A DNA stretch of 64,000 bases from an uncultured beta proteobacterium (GTDB lineage: Bacteria; Pseudomonadota; Gammaproteobacteria; Burkholderiales; SG8-41): positions 183,665 through 247,664 of the forward strand of contig CAVOUI010000007.1 in NCBI GenBank assembly GCA_963699525.1. The letters run 5' to 3'. The position numbers were made by a program, and so were the translations under genes. This document shows positions 37,193-46,719 of the stretch, piece by piece. The notes beneath the pieces are model-generated. The model searched no databases. It worked only from the letters and a program-made list of their open reading frames with translations, and was not told the origin of the DNA. The stretch's first letter is position 1. Every line of letters starts with the position of its first letter.

Positions 37193-38161
37193 CTACTTCA
37201 CACCGGCCAGATCTGTCGCCGTCGGCACGCCCGCGCTGGCGCCGATGAGCTCGTAGTAGCGGGCGGCAAGCGCGAGGTCCTGCAGCGCGGTGCCGACCGA
37301 CTTGAACACGACCAGCCCAGTGGCGGGCACACTGACCGCGCCGGTGACGATCTGTCCCAGTGTCGCGCGCTTCGACTCCGGCAGCGCTCCCGCAGCGACT
37401 GCCCGCTTGAGTTCCCCGGCTTCCTCCAGTGCATGAATGGAGTCCACCACGACCAACCGGGCGTCCTCGAAGCACTGAACATCCACTTCCGCGAACTGCG
37501 CGCGCGTGTTGCCGACGGCGCAGAGCAGCCGGCAGCTCCCGAGCCACTCTCCGCGCAGCACCGGCTCGGCGCTACGGGCGCTACTCGCCGCGGCGACGAC
37601 CGGGTGGCCCTGCACCGCGGCTCGCGCCGAATCGACCGGGGAAACCGGAAATCCCAGGCGCGCCGACATCCTGCGCGCAAACGCCTCCCGATTAGCCACG
37701 GTGGGACTGTAGACCCTGGCGGAGCGGACGGGATAGACGGCAGCGAGGGCCTCCAGCTGCGTCGCCGCCTGATGGCCCGACCCGATGAGACCCACCGTGA
37801 CGGGGCCCGGCATCGCCACCTTGCGCGCGATGACCCCGCTCGCCGCGCCAGTGCGAAGATCGGTGATATGCCGTCCGTCGAGGAGCGCGAGCAGCTCGCC
37901 GTCCTTCAGGCGGTAGAGCGACACGACGTAGCGCACGCCCGCGCCCTTGATGTTGTGATACGCCTTGATCGCGCAATAGCCGGCGCCGCTGTCCGCGGCG
38001 AAGAGAATGCGCATCGAGCCGCCGCTGAAGTCCGTCACGAACTTCGGCGACATCTGCACCTGCCCCGCCGCTTCGTGGGCGAACGCGCGCTCGAGAAGAT
38101 CGATCGCCTCCGCCATCGGCAGCACCCCCTGCAGAGCCTCGAAACCCAGTGTGACCGCCAA
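37193..38161 (-). CDS. ornithine cyclodeaminase/mu-crystallin family protein
   Basis: 322 aa. TTG start with a GGAGGA Shine-Dalgarno. LRTGAASGVIARKV and VGLIGSGHQA Rossmann segments are typical of the OCD/ketimine reductase family. Confidence 0.85.
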   Translation of the reverse strand: MAVTLGFEALQGVLPMAEAIDLLERAFAHEAAGQVQMSPKFVTDFSGGSMRILFAADSGAGYCAIKAYHNIKGAGVRYVVSLYRLKDGELLALLDGRHITDLRTGAASGVIARKVAMPGPVTVGLIGSGHQAATQLEALAAVYPVRSARVYSPTVANREAFARRMSARLGFPVSPVDSARAAVQGHPVVAAASSARSAEPVLRGEWLGSCRLLCAVGNTRAQFAEVDVQCFEDARLVVVDSIHALEEAGELKRAVAAGALPESKRATLGQIVTGAVSVPATGLVVFKSVGTALQDLALAARYYELIGASAGVPTATDLAGVK

Positions 38162-38188
38162 GAATCCTCCGATCGTTGCAGCAGCCGA

Positions 38189-39161
38189 CTATTTGGCGAG
38201 CCCGAGATCGGCCATGACCGCGCGGGTCGCGGCGAACTCCTCGTCGAGATAGCGGCTGAAGTCCCGGCCCTGCAGGAAAAGACGCGACATGTTGGTGCCG
38301 TCGAGCTCCCGGTTCCATTCCTCGGTGCTCGCCATACGCGCAAGCGCGTTGTCCCAATAAGCAATCTGCGCCGCGCTCATCCCCTTGGGTCCGAAGATCG
38401 CGCGCCAGTTGGCGATGCCGCTCGCGCTGATTCCCTGCTCGCGCATCGTCGGCACCTGCGCGAGCGGGCCCGCGGCGCGCTCGGCCGCGGCGATGGCGAG
38501 GATGCGCGTCTGCCCGGCCTGGACCTGGGGCAGCGCCGCGCTCGCCGAGGACACGACCGCCTGGATGTGGCCGCCGACGACCGCCATGTTCGACTCGGCG
38601 TTGGTCTTGAACACGACGGTGCGCAGCTTCCGGGGATCGATGCCCGCGGAGCGCACCGCCTGCGACAGCGCGAGGTGATTCGGCCCGCCGCGGCTCACCA
38701 TGCCGAAGGCGACCGCTCCCGGATCGGCCTTGAGCCGCTCGATGAGATCGCGCAGGGTGCGTATCGGCGAATCAGCCGCCACCGTGATCACGGTATGGTC
38801 CACCACCAGGCACGCGAGGGGCGTCAGGTCCGTGTAGCCGAGCGGGGTCAGGCCCGCGAGCTGGTTGGTGAACACCGTCGCCGTCGCGTAGAGCAGGTAA
38901 TGCGGGATCGGGCGTTTTCTGGGTCAGGTAGACAACGGCGAGACTCTGGTTTCCGCCCGCCTTGTTCAGGACGACCATCGGCGTCGGCACGAGCTTCCCG
39001 TCCTGGAGCACCCGCTGCATAAGGCGCGAGATCTGGTCGTTGATCCCCCCGGCCGCGGTCGGCACGATGATTTCCACCGGCTTCTCGGGACGCCACGCCG
39101 GCTGCCCGGCCGCCGCGCCCGCCATCAAGAACAGGCACGCGCACAACATCGCGCGGCGCAT
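38189..39161 (-). pseudogene. TctC-like tripartite tricarboxylate transporter substrate-binding protein, one frameshift
   Basis: MRRAMLCACLFLMAGAAAGQPAWRPEKPVEIIVPTAAGGINDQISR...YLTQKTPDP / HYLLYATATVFTNQLAGLTP...MADLGLAK. The junction is at the GGG run 38904-38906. Confidence 0.8.
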
Positions 39162-39163
39162 GC

Positions 39164-39868
39164 TCACGCCCCCAGAGCGCCCGCCAGCTCTATGAAATCC
39201 CGCACCTCGAGGTCCGGCCGGTGTGGCGACTCCTCGTACGGCAGGCGGTAGCGATTCACGTAAGCGCCGCGGTAGCCGCAAGCCCGGGCACCCATGATGT
39301 CGAAGGAATGCGCGGCAACCATCATGATCTGGCCGGGCTCCAGGCCGAGCACGGTGGCCCCGGTGCGATACACCGCCGGGTGCGGCTTGAACACCCCCGC
39401 CCTCTGCACCGAGATGAGGGCATCGAATCCGAACCGCATGCGTTCCTTCTCGAGATGCTCGAGGTAGGCCTGTTCGCCGTTCGATAACGCGACGAGCTTG
39501 AAGCGACGCTTCAGCCGGCGCAATCCCTCGGCGCAGTCGGCATGCGGCGAGAGCTCCTGCCACGCCTGCATGACCCCCGTCACTTCCTGCTCCGTGAACG
39601 AGATGCCGTTCAGCCGCAGGCAGTACAGGAGTGCTCTGCGGCAGGCTTCGAGATACCCGCAGTGGCCGAGCATCAGGAGGCTGTCCTGGTACTGCTCGAT
39701 CCTCTGCCGCGAGCGCCACTGGTCCCAGAACGACTCCGCGCTCACCGCTGCGCCCTTGCCCTGCAGAAAACGGCGCGTCGGCGGCGTGATGCTGCCGGTC
39801 AGGTCGAGCACCGTCCCGAAAATGTCGAACGCGAGCGTGGTGACGCCGGCCAGCGGTCGTTCGCTCAC
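39164..39868 (-). CDS. haloacid dehalogenase type II (HAD superfamily)
   Basis: 234 aa with a GTG start. Nucleophile motif LAFDIFGTVLD, plus LSNG and AAHSFD motifs as in L-2-haloacid dehalogenases. Confidence 0.82.
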   Translation of the reverse strand: MSERPLAGVTTLAFDIFGTVLDLTGSITPPTRRFLQGKGAAVSAESFWDQWRSRQRIEQYQDSLLMLGHCGYLEACRRALLYCLRLNGISFTEQEVTGVMQAWQELSPHADCAEGLRRLKRRFKLVALSNGEQAYLEHLEKERMRFGFDALISVQRAGVFKPHPAVYRTGATVLGLEPGQIMMVAAHSFDIMGARACGYRGAYVNRYRLPYEESPHRPDLEVRDFIELAGALGA

Positions 39869-39875
39869 TCGCCTG

Positions 39876-41120
39876 TCACCCGGCGATCGCTACGGCGCGT
39901 TTTCCCGCCACCCGGGTGGTCTTGCCCGCGGCCGCCGCCCGGTCCGCCTTCTGGAAGTCGGCCTCGGTGAACCCGTAAACGTGCGCGCCCCCCATCATGA
40001 TCTTCGCGGCGGTGTCGCGCGAACAGCCCTTGAGCAGGTTGCTCGAAACGTTCGGGAAGTTGGAATCGAAGTGCGGATAGTCGGTGGAGACGCACATCCG
40101 GTCGGCGCCGATCAGGCTGGCGGTGGCCTCGATCTCCGGCTCGCTGCCCTCGACCGCGGCCCAGCAGTTGCGCCGGAAGTACTCCTTCGGGGTCAGGGTC
40201 AGATAGGGGGCGTGCGAGTCGCGATACTGGGGATAGTCCCACTCGATGCGCGACAGGAGCCCGGGCACCCAGGAGTTCTGGCATTCGAGGAACGCCACCC
40301 GCAACTTGGGATGGAACTCGAACACGCCGCCGATCATCATCGCGATCAGCGCCTGCTGCATCTCGATCCAGTGGGCGGCCACGTGGCGGTAGAAGCGGTT
40401 CTCGCCGTAGAGCTCGATCATGTGGGAGTAGAGGGCGCTCACGCCTTCGTGGAATCCCCACGTCACGTTCAGCTCCTCGTGGATGCTGTAGAGCGGGTCC
40501 CAGTAGTTCGAGTGCCAGTAATGGCCGTTCAACAGGTTCGGCCGGATGAAGGACCCGACCGCGCCGAGCTCCCGCACACAGCGCACCAGCTCTTTGCAGG
40601 CGAGGTGCACGTCGTGCATGGGCAGCATCGCCACGAACTTCAGGCGTTCGGGGCTGTACTGGCAGAACTCGTGGATCCAGTCGTTGTACGCCTGGCAGAT
40701 GGCGAGCGAGAGCCGCGGATCGATGCCGTGGCGGGCGAGAAGCCCGAGGCCCATCGTGGGATAGAGCACGGCGATATCCACCCCTTCCATCTCCATGCCC
40801 ATGACCTGGGCTTCGGCGTTGTAGTCGCGCTCGATCGCGAAGTCGAGCCGGTCCGTCTCCTGGAGCCGGGAGCCCGCGATCGGCTGAGTTTGCTTGGTCG
40901 GGCCGGACTTGCGCCGCTTGCGGTATTGCTGCAGGTCCGCGTCCGAGGTCGTTTGACCGTCGATGAGGACCAGGCCCGACGTGCCGCGATTGGGACGGCC
41001 GTCGGCGCCGATCCGCACGCTGACGCGGTCCTTGAATTTCGGATCGAGATACCGCTCGAAGAGATCCGGCGGTTCCATGACGTGCATATCGGAGTCGACG
41101 AACCGGAGATTGTCTTTCAT
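39876..41120 (-). CDS. amidohydrolase-2 (ACMSD/metal-dependent decarboxylase-hydratase) family protein
   Basis: 414 aa. N-terminal FVDSDMHVMEP and C-terminal STDYPHFD metal-ligand motifs are typical of Amidohydro_2. Confidence 0.82.
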   Translation of the reverse strand: MKDNLRFVDSDMHVMEPPDLFERYLDPKFKDRVSVRIGADGRPNRGTSGLVLIDGQTTSDADLQQYRKRRKSGPTKQTQPIAGSRLQETDRLDFAIERDYNAEAQVMGMEMEGVDIAVLYPTMGLGLLARHGIDPRLSLAICQAYNDWIHEFCQYSPERLKFVAMLPMHDVHLACKELVRCVRELGAVGSFIRPNLLNGHYWHSNYWDPLYSIHEELNVTWGFHEGVSALYSHMIELYGENRFYRHVAAHWIEMQQALIAMMIGGVFEFHPKLRVAFLECQNSWVPGLLSRIEWDYPQYRDSHAPYLTLTPKEYFRRNCWAAVEGSEPEIEATASLIGADRMCVSTDYPHFDSNFPNVSSNLLKGCSRDTAAKIMMGGAHVYGFTEADFQKADRAAAAGKTTRVAGKRAVAIAG

Positions 41121-41195
41121 CGGAGCCTCCCCCCTGTGAAAGTGTCTATGAAACCGGTGCGAGTACCGTATGCCGCCCCGGAGGTCGTGTCAATC

Positions 41196-41498
41196 TCACG
41201 CGCCTTCAGCGGCCTGGGGATTCCACTGCCCCTTGCGCATGCGCGTGATCGTCACTTTCGTGAACATGCCCGCTTTCTGGAACGGGTCCGCATCCACGAA
41301 AGCCCTGGCCTCGGCGCGGCTCCCCACGTTGACGATCAGGAGGCTGCCGATGACTTCCCTGCCGTCGTCGGTCAGCGTCGCGCCGGAGAGGACCAATATG
41401 CCCTTCTGACTACGGAGATAGTCGAGATGCGCCTGCAGGCCCTGCTCGCGCTTTGCGGCGAAGTCCGGCCCGGCGATGCGCGTGATGGCCCAGAGCAT
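41196..41498 (-). CDS. YciI family protein
   Basis: ORF trimmed to ATG 41498 (GGAG Shine-Dalgarno). About 100 aa with the ...HLDYL...GATL...DPF..AG... YciI pattern. Confidence 0.75.
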   Translation of the reverse strand: MLWAITRIAGPDFAAKREQGLQAHLDYLRSQKGILVLSGATLTDDGREVIGSLLIVNVGSRAEARAFVDADPFQKAGMFTKVTITRMRKGQWNPQAAEGA

Positions 41499-41637
41499 GA
41501 CGTTACTCCGGCACGCTGAGTTGATTCGGCTCGATCGGACACATTGGAACGTAGACAATACTACGGAATGCCTGCCTCCGCGGGGACTGCGGAACGGCTA
41601 CACTGGTCGCAATTATTCACTGAAAACGGGAGCAAGC

Positions 41638-42624
41638 ATGGCTGACGCCAGAGTCGTCTTCATCCACGGGGTATCGCAGCGCGTCCTCGAGGCGATCGTC
41701 TCGCTCAATCCAAAGGGCTTCAGCACGACCGCGGTCGGCGGCAAGGCGCCGGAAGAGCAGCAGATCCAGGCCGTCACGGATGCCGACTTCATCATGTGGT
41801 TCAGCGCGCGGTTGAGCGAGCGGGTGCTGCGGTCGGCGAAGAAAGCCCGGCTGGTTCAGGGACTATCGGCGGGCTACGACAGCATCAACTTGAAGCTCCT
41901 GCGCGAACTCAAACTGCCGTGCTCCAACAACGGTGGAGCGAACTCCTGGGCGGTAGCCGACCACGCCGTGCTCGCGATGCTCACGCTCTACCGGCGTCTG
42001 ATGGCGGCGGACCGGGCGGTGCGGGAAGGACGCTGGCGGGAAGCGATCGACGGCACCAACACTTTCGAGATGGCGAACAAGGTCGTGGGGGTGCTCGGAT
42101 TCGGCAACATCGGGCAGAAGGTCGCGCGCCGGGTGCAGGCTTTCGATGCGACCGTCCAGTATTACGACAAATTTCCGCTTGCCGCCGAACGCGAGCGCGA
42201 GCTGAAGGTCAAGCGCGTGTCGCTGGAGGAGCTTTTCCGGACCTCCGACATCATCTCCTGCCACGCTCCCCTGACCGGAGACACGCGCCACGTCGTCAAC
42301 CGCGAGCGCCTCGCCATGATGAAACCCTCGGCGGTGATCATCAACACGAGCCGCGGCCCGGTCGTCGACGAGGCTGCGCTCACCGAGGCGTTGCAGCAGA
42401 AGCGCATCGCGGGCGCCGGCCTCGACGTATTCGAGAAGGAGCCGGTCGATCCGGCCAATCCCCTCCTCAAGCTGGAGAACGTGGTGCTCTCGCCCCACTC
42501 CGCCGGCACCACGTGGGACACCTGGTTCCGACGCGCCGATTTCGCCTACAAGAACATGAAGCGCGTGTGGGACGGGCAACCGCCCCAGTCGGTTGCCACC
42601 GACTACGACGCCGAGAACCCGTAG
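41638..42624 (+). CDS. D-isomer-specific 2-hydroxyacid dehydrogenase family protein
   Basis: ORF trimmed to ATG 41638. VGVLGFGNIGQKVARR NAD fold, INTSRGPVVDE and LDVFEKEP...SPHSAG motifs. Confidence 0.88.
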   Translation: MADARVVFIHGVSQRVLEAIVSLNPKGFSTTAVGGKAPEEQQIQAVTDADFIMWFSARLSERVLRSAKKARLVQGLSAGYDSINLKLLRELKLPCSNNGGANSWAVADHAVLAMLTLYRRLMAADRAVREGRWREAIDGTNTFEMANKVVGVLGFGNIGQKVARRVQAFDATVQYYDKFPLAAERERELKVKRVSLEELFRTSDIISCHAPLTGDTRHVVNRERLAMMKPSAVIINTSRGPVVDEAALTEALQQKRIAGAGLDVFEKEPVDPANPLLKLENVVLSPHSAGTTWDTWFRRADFAYKNMKRVWDGQPPQSVATDYDAENP

Positions 42625-42639
42625 AGCGTCGCCCGGCCC

Positions 42640-43662
42640 TCAGCAACCCGCGACGCACCGGCCCGTGCCGTCGAACTCCATGGTGCGCCCGCTGATGGCA
42701 AGGTGTGGCGTGACGTTTTTCAGTTCCTTGATGAGCGCAGCAGTACGCGAGGCAGGCCGCAACTTGCCGCCTTCGGTCACGGCCTCGTTCGGGTGCGAAA
42801 GAATCACCGACACGGGCTGCACGAGCTCGTTCATCGCGTAGGCGCCCGACATCACGGTCCCCGCGCTCGGCCCGAGATTCAGCAGCGCGAGGTTCGCCTT
42901 GTGGTACTCCTTCACCACCGTCTTCATCTCCGTGTGGATGCCGGTATCGCCCGTGAGGTAGGCGGTGAGCCCGTTGGTGAACTTGACGACATAGCCGGTG
43001 GGCGGACCGATGACGATGCTCGCGCCGTCGGGGCCCAGGTTTGCGCGCTGCGCCTCGGACAGCAGCGAGAGCGGCACGTTGTTCGCGTGCGAGGCGAATA
43101 CGATGGTGATCTCGACGCCTTGCGACGCGCCGGCTGCCTTCGCGACAAACGCGCCGCCGAGATGCGTGTTCGAGCGGCACGACGCGGCAACCGGGACGCT
43201 GGTCACGCCGGCGGTCTGCGGACAAAATGTGATCGGCTTGCCGCCGGTGATCTTCTGAACTTTCGCGCCGACGAAGCTGCCCATGTCGGAGGTCATGACC
43301 AGCGCCGCCTTCTTCGCCGCCGCGACTTCGGCGGTCATGGAATTCGGTCCGGCCGGAACCCTTTCGGAATTCGAGCACGCGCCGGCACCAGGCGCCTTCA
43401 GCTTCTGATCGCCGATGTGGTCCCCATGCACGTGGCTCAACAAGACAAGATGGATGTCGCCCAGGCGGGGGTCGTCGGCGCCGGTCAGGGTGTGGCCCAC
43501 GTCGTAGAGGATCCGGACACCCGTCGGGTCCTCGAACAGCGTCGCGCGGTCGTTTGCGCAGAGCTCGCCTTCGTGCGAGCCCAGCGGTGTGATCTTCACG
43601 TTTTGAGCGAGAGCCGTTGAGGCCGATAGAGCGATCGCGAGTGCAGCGCAGGCGGTCTTCAT
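42640..43662 (-). CDS. secreted MBL-fold metallo-hydrolase
   Basis: ORF trimmed to ATG 43662 (GGGAGAAGGAA Shine-Dalgarno). Signal peptide MKTACAALAIALSASTALA. LLSHVHGDHIGD metal motif. Confidence 0.8.
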   Translation of the reverse strand: MKTACAALAIALSASTALAQNVKITPLGSHEGELCANDRATLFEDPTGVRILYDVGHTLTGADDPRLGDIHLVLLSHVHGDHIGDQKLKAPGAGACSNSERVPAGPNSMTAEVAAAKKAALVMTSDMGSFVGAKVQKITGGKPITFCPQTAGVTSVPVAASCRSNTHLGGAFVAKAAGASQGVEITIVFASHANNVPLSLLSEAQRANLGPDGASIVIGPPTGYVVKFTNGLTAYLTGDTGIHTEMKTVVKEYHKANLALLNLGPSAGTVMSGAYAMNELVQPVSVILSHPNEAVTEGGKLRPASRTAALIKELKNVTPHLAISGRTMEFDGTGRCVAGC

Positions 43663-43727
43663 TTCCTTCTCCCTCGATTTGAAAAGTCTGGAAATCATGG
43701 CCAGATTCACTTCTCGATTCGCCGCCG

Positions 43728-44609
43728 TCAGAGCGGCACCGAGCCGTTCACCGTGACGCGATGCATCAGGCGGCGCTGGCTTTCGCCGTAGTCGCGCACA
43801 GCGAGGTGCTGGCAGGTGCAGTTGTCCCACATGAGCACGTCGCCGACGCGCCACTTGTGCCGGTATTGGAACCTGGGATCGATCAGGTGCCGGTGCAGCT
43901 GGGCAATGAGCGGGAGCGCTTCCGCATCCGGCATGCCCTCGATGCCGGTGCATTCACCCTCCGTGACATAGATGCACTTGCGGCCGGTGACCGGGTGTGT
44001 GCGGAAGACCGGATGCGCGACGGGCGGCGTCTTGTCGAGATGCTCCCGCGTGATTTCGCGGGTCAATCCGACCGCCGCCTTGCGCGCGTTCATCTTGGCG
44101 AGGTAGCTGTGAATCGCGCGCTTTCCGGCCAGCCGCTTCTTGACGTCCGGCGCGAGCGCGTCGTACGCGGCGGCCGCGCTAGCGAATATCGTGTCGCCCA
44201 GGATCGACCCGTCGGCGGCGCGCGGAACCTCGACTGCATGGAGAATCGAGCAGCGCGGCGGACAGGCGTAGGCCGACATGTCCGTGTGCCAGGTCGTTCC
44301 CGCGTCGGCGAGCCCGATGTAGCGGCCGTTTTCCCGGATGTTCGAGACCAGCAGGACTTCGGGATGACCCGGCAGGCAGGCCTGCGTGTTGACGTTGATC
44401 TCCACCTCGCCGAAGCGGCGCGCGAAGGCGACCAGTTGCTCGACCGTGATCCGCTGGTCGCGGAAGAAGATCACCCCGTGGCGGTTGAATGCTTCCTCGA
44501 TACGGAGGAACGTCACGGGTGCGAGGTCGCGCGCAAGGTCCACCCGGCTGACCTCGGCGCCCAGCGCCGCCCCGGTCGGCATGATGGTCACGCTTGCGAA
44601 AGTCCGCAC
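43728..44609 (-). CDS. TauD/TfdA family Fe(II)/2-oxoglutarate dioxygenase
   Basis: ...TIMPTGAALGAEVSRVDL..., WHTDMSY-like WHTDMSAY (HxD) and a C-terminal ...WDNCTCQHLA..R motif. Start is uncertain: GTG 44609 (GAGGGG upstream) or ATG 44582. Confidence 0.85.
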   Translation of the reverse strand: MRTFASVTIMPTGAALGAEVSRVDLARDLAPVTFLRIEEAFNRHGVIFFRDQRITVEQLVAFARRFGEVEINVNTQACLPGHPEVLLVSNIRENGRYIGLADAGTTWHTDMSAYACPPRCSILHAVEVPRAADGSILGDTIFASAAAAYDALAPDVKKRLAGKRAIHSYLAKMNARKAAVGLTREITREHLDKTPPVAHPVFRTHPVTGRKCIYVTEGECTGIEGMPDAEALPLIAQLHRHLIDPRFQYRHKWRVGDVLMWDNCTCQHLAVRDYGESQRRLMHRVTVNGSVPL

Positions 44610-44697
44610 GGCCCCCCGCCCCTCTGGAGTTGGACTCAGAGGTATTGTCGCACTACTATCGGTTACCACGAACAAGAGCACCGGGGGAGGCAGCGCG

Positions 44698-45669
44698 ATG
44701 GGAAAGCTCGTCAGTCTGGTGGCCGCGGCGGGGGTTCTTGCTCTGGGCGCGCTGACCGCTTCTGCGCAGCATTACCCCACTCGGCCCGTCCGGTTCATCG
44801 CTCCCTTCCCGCCAGGCGGCGGCGTCGACGTCGTGGCGCGAACTGTCGGCGAGAAGCTCGGCGGGCGGCTCGGGCAGACGGTCGTCGTCGACAACCGGCC
44901 TGGCGCCGGGGCCACCCTCGGCACCTCGCTCGCGGCGAAAAGCACGCCCGACGGCTACACGCTCCTGGTCGCCCCAGTCATCGGCCTCGCGATTGCCCAA
45001 GGCTATTACCGCAAGCTCGACTACGACCTGCGCCGCAATTTCGAGCCGATCAGCAAGATCGGGTTCGGAACCGTCGTCATGGTGGTGCCGCCGAGCCTCG
45101 GGGTAAGCTCGGTGAAGGAATTGATCGCGCTCGCGAAAGCCAAGCCTGGGCAGCTGAGCTTCGCCTCCTCCGGCATCGGCGGACTGATCCATCTCACCGG
45201 CGAGCTGTTCAAGCAGATGGCTGGCGTGGATATCCTGCACGTGCCTTACAAGGGCACGACGCAGCTGCTGCCGGACCTGATCGACGGGAGGGTGTCGATG
45301 GCGATCGACAGCCTGCCGGCGCACATTCCCCACATCAAGGCTGGAAGGCTGCGGGGGCTTGGCGTTGCGCGCAAAACCCGGTCTGCCCAGCTGCCTGACG
45401 TGCCGACCATGAGCGAGGCCGGGGTGCCGGGCTTCGAATCGTATACGGACTACGCGCTGTACGCTCCCGCCGGCACGTCGAAGGCCATCGTCTTGCTCCT
45501 CAACCGGGAGACGATTGCGGTGCTGCAGCTGTCCGACCTGCGCGCAAAGCTCGACGGCATCGGCATCGAGGTCGGCGGCAGCACGCCGGAAGCGCTGCGG
45601 ACAGAAGTGGTCAGCGAAGTTGCCAAGTGGACCAAAGTCATCAAGGACGCGAACATCAAGCAGGAATAG
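44698..45669 (+). CDS. Bug/TctC family substrate-binding protein
   Basis: ORF trimmed to ATG 44698 (GGGGGAGG Shine-Dalgarno). MGKLVSLVAAAGVLALGALTASAQHYPTRPVRFIAPFPPGGGVDVVAR. Confidence 0.9.
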   Translation: MGKLVSLVAAAGVLALGALTASAQHYPTRPVRFIAPFPPGGGVDVVARTVGEKLGGRLGQTVVVDNRPGAGATLGTSLAAKSTPDGYTLLVAPVIGLAIAQGYYRKLDYDLRRNFEPISKIGFGTVVMVVPPSLGVSSVKELIALAKAKPGQLSFASSGIGGLIHLTGELFKQMAGVDILHVPYKGTTQLLPDLIDGRVSMAIDSLPAHIPHIKAGRLRGLGVARKTRSAQLPDVPTMSEAGVPGFESYTDYALYAPAGTSKAIVLLLNRETIAVLQLSDLRAKLDGIGIEVGGSTPEALRTEVVSEVAKWTKVIKDANIKQE

Positions 45670-45701
45670 AATGATCCTGTGCCCAATGTGAGGAGGCCAA
45701 C

Positions 45702-46673
45702 ATGAAACGCGCGACCTGTCTGCTCCTGCTTTCGATCCTGTCATGCGCCGCGTCGACGGGTGCCGCTGCGGACGCCGCGGCGAATTACCCCAGCCGGCCG
45801 ATCCGTTTCATCGTGCCGTTCGTGCCCGGCGGTCCCAGCGACGTGATTTCGCGCCTGCTCGGCCAGAAGCTGACGGAAGACTGGGGCCAAACCGTCGTGA
45901 TCGACAATCGCGGAAGCGCCGGAGGCGTCGTCGGCTTCGAGCTCGGAGCCCACGCTCCGGCGGACGGGTACACGCTGTTGCTCGCCAATGGCGCCGGAGT
46001 CACGATCAACCCGAGCGTGTATCTCAAGCTGCCGTACGATCCCGAGCGCGACTTCCAGCCGATCACGCAGGTCACATCAGGCGCGTATTTCATGGTGATC
46101 TCGCCCTCGCTCCCCGCCAAGACCGTGAAGGAATACATCGCACTGGCCAAGGCCAAGCCGGGGAGCCTCAATTTCGCGGCGACCGGAACCAACAACCTGC
46201 TTGCGGCGGAGCAGTTCAACTACATGGCCGGCATCAAGACGGTCGCGGTGAATTACAAGGGTACCGGGCAGGCGGTCAGCGCGGTGCTGAGCGGCGAGGT
46301 GCAGAGCTTCATCGTCAGCCCGCTGATCGCCGTGCCGCAGGTCAAGGGGGGAAAGCTTCGAGCGATCGGCGTGACGGGACTCAAGCGCAGCCCCGCCCTT
46401 CCCGATGTGCCGACCATCGCGGAGACGTTACCGGGCTACGAGAACATCACGTGGCACAGCGTGCTGGTTCCCGCGAAAACGCCGAAGCCGATCGTCGCGA
46501 AGCTCTCCAAGGAGCTCATGAAGATCATCCGGCAGCCGGACGTCCACGAGCGCTTCACTTCGGTGGGCCTCGACCCCGTGGGCTCAACGCCGGAGGAGCT
46601 TGCCGCCCTGATCAAGAAGGAAGTCGTGATGTACGCGAAGCTGGCCAAGGAGATTGGCCTGAAGCCTCAATAG
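45702..46673 (+). CDS. Bug/TctC family substrate-binding protein
   Basis: 323 aa. AGGAGG Shine-Dalgarno. Signal peptide, then ANYPSRPIRFIVPFVPGGPSDVISR. Confidence 0.9.
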   Translation: MKRATCLLLLSILSCAASTGAAADAAANYPSRPIRFIVPFVPGGPSDVISRLLGQKLTEDWGQTVVIDNRGSAGGVVGFELGAHAPADGYTLLLANGAGVTINPSVYLKLPYDPERDFQPITQVTSGAYFMVISPSLPAKTVKEYIALAKAKPGSLNFAATGTNNLLAAEQFNYMAGIKTVAVNYKGTGQAVSAVLSGEVQSFIVSPLIAVPQVKGGKLRAIGVTGLKRSPALPDVPTIAETLPGYENITWHSVLVPAKTPKPIVAKLSKELMKIIRQPDVHERFTSVGLDPVGSTPEELAALIKKEVVMYAKLAKEIGLKPQ

Positions 46674-46719
46674 CGCGTCCGCCGGAGCGTCCAGAGATGG
46701 TTGCCCGCGCGGATCTGCG

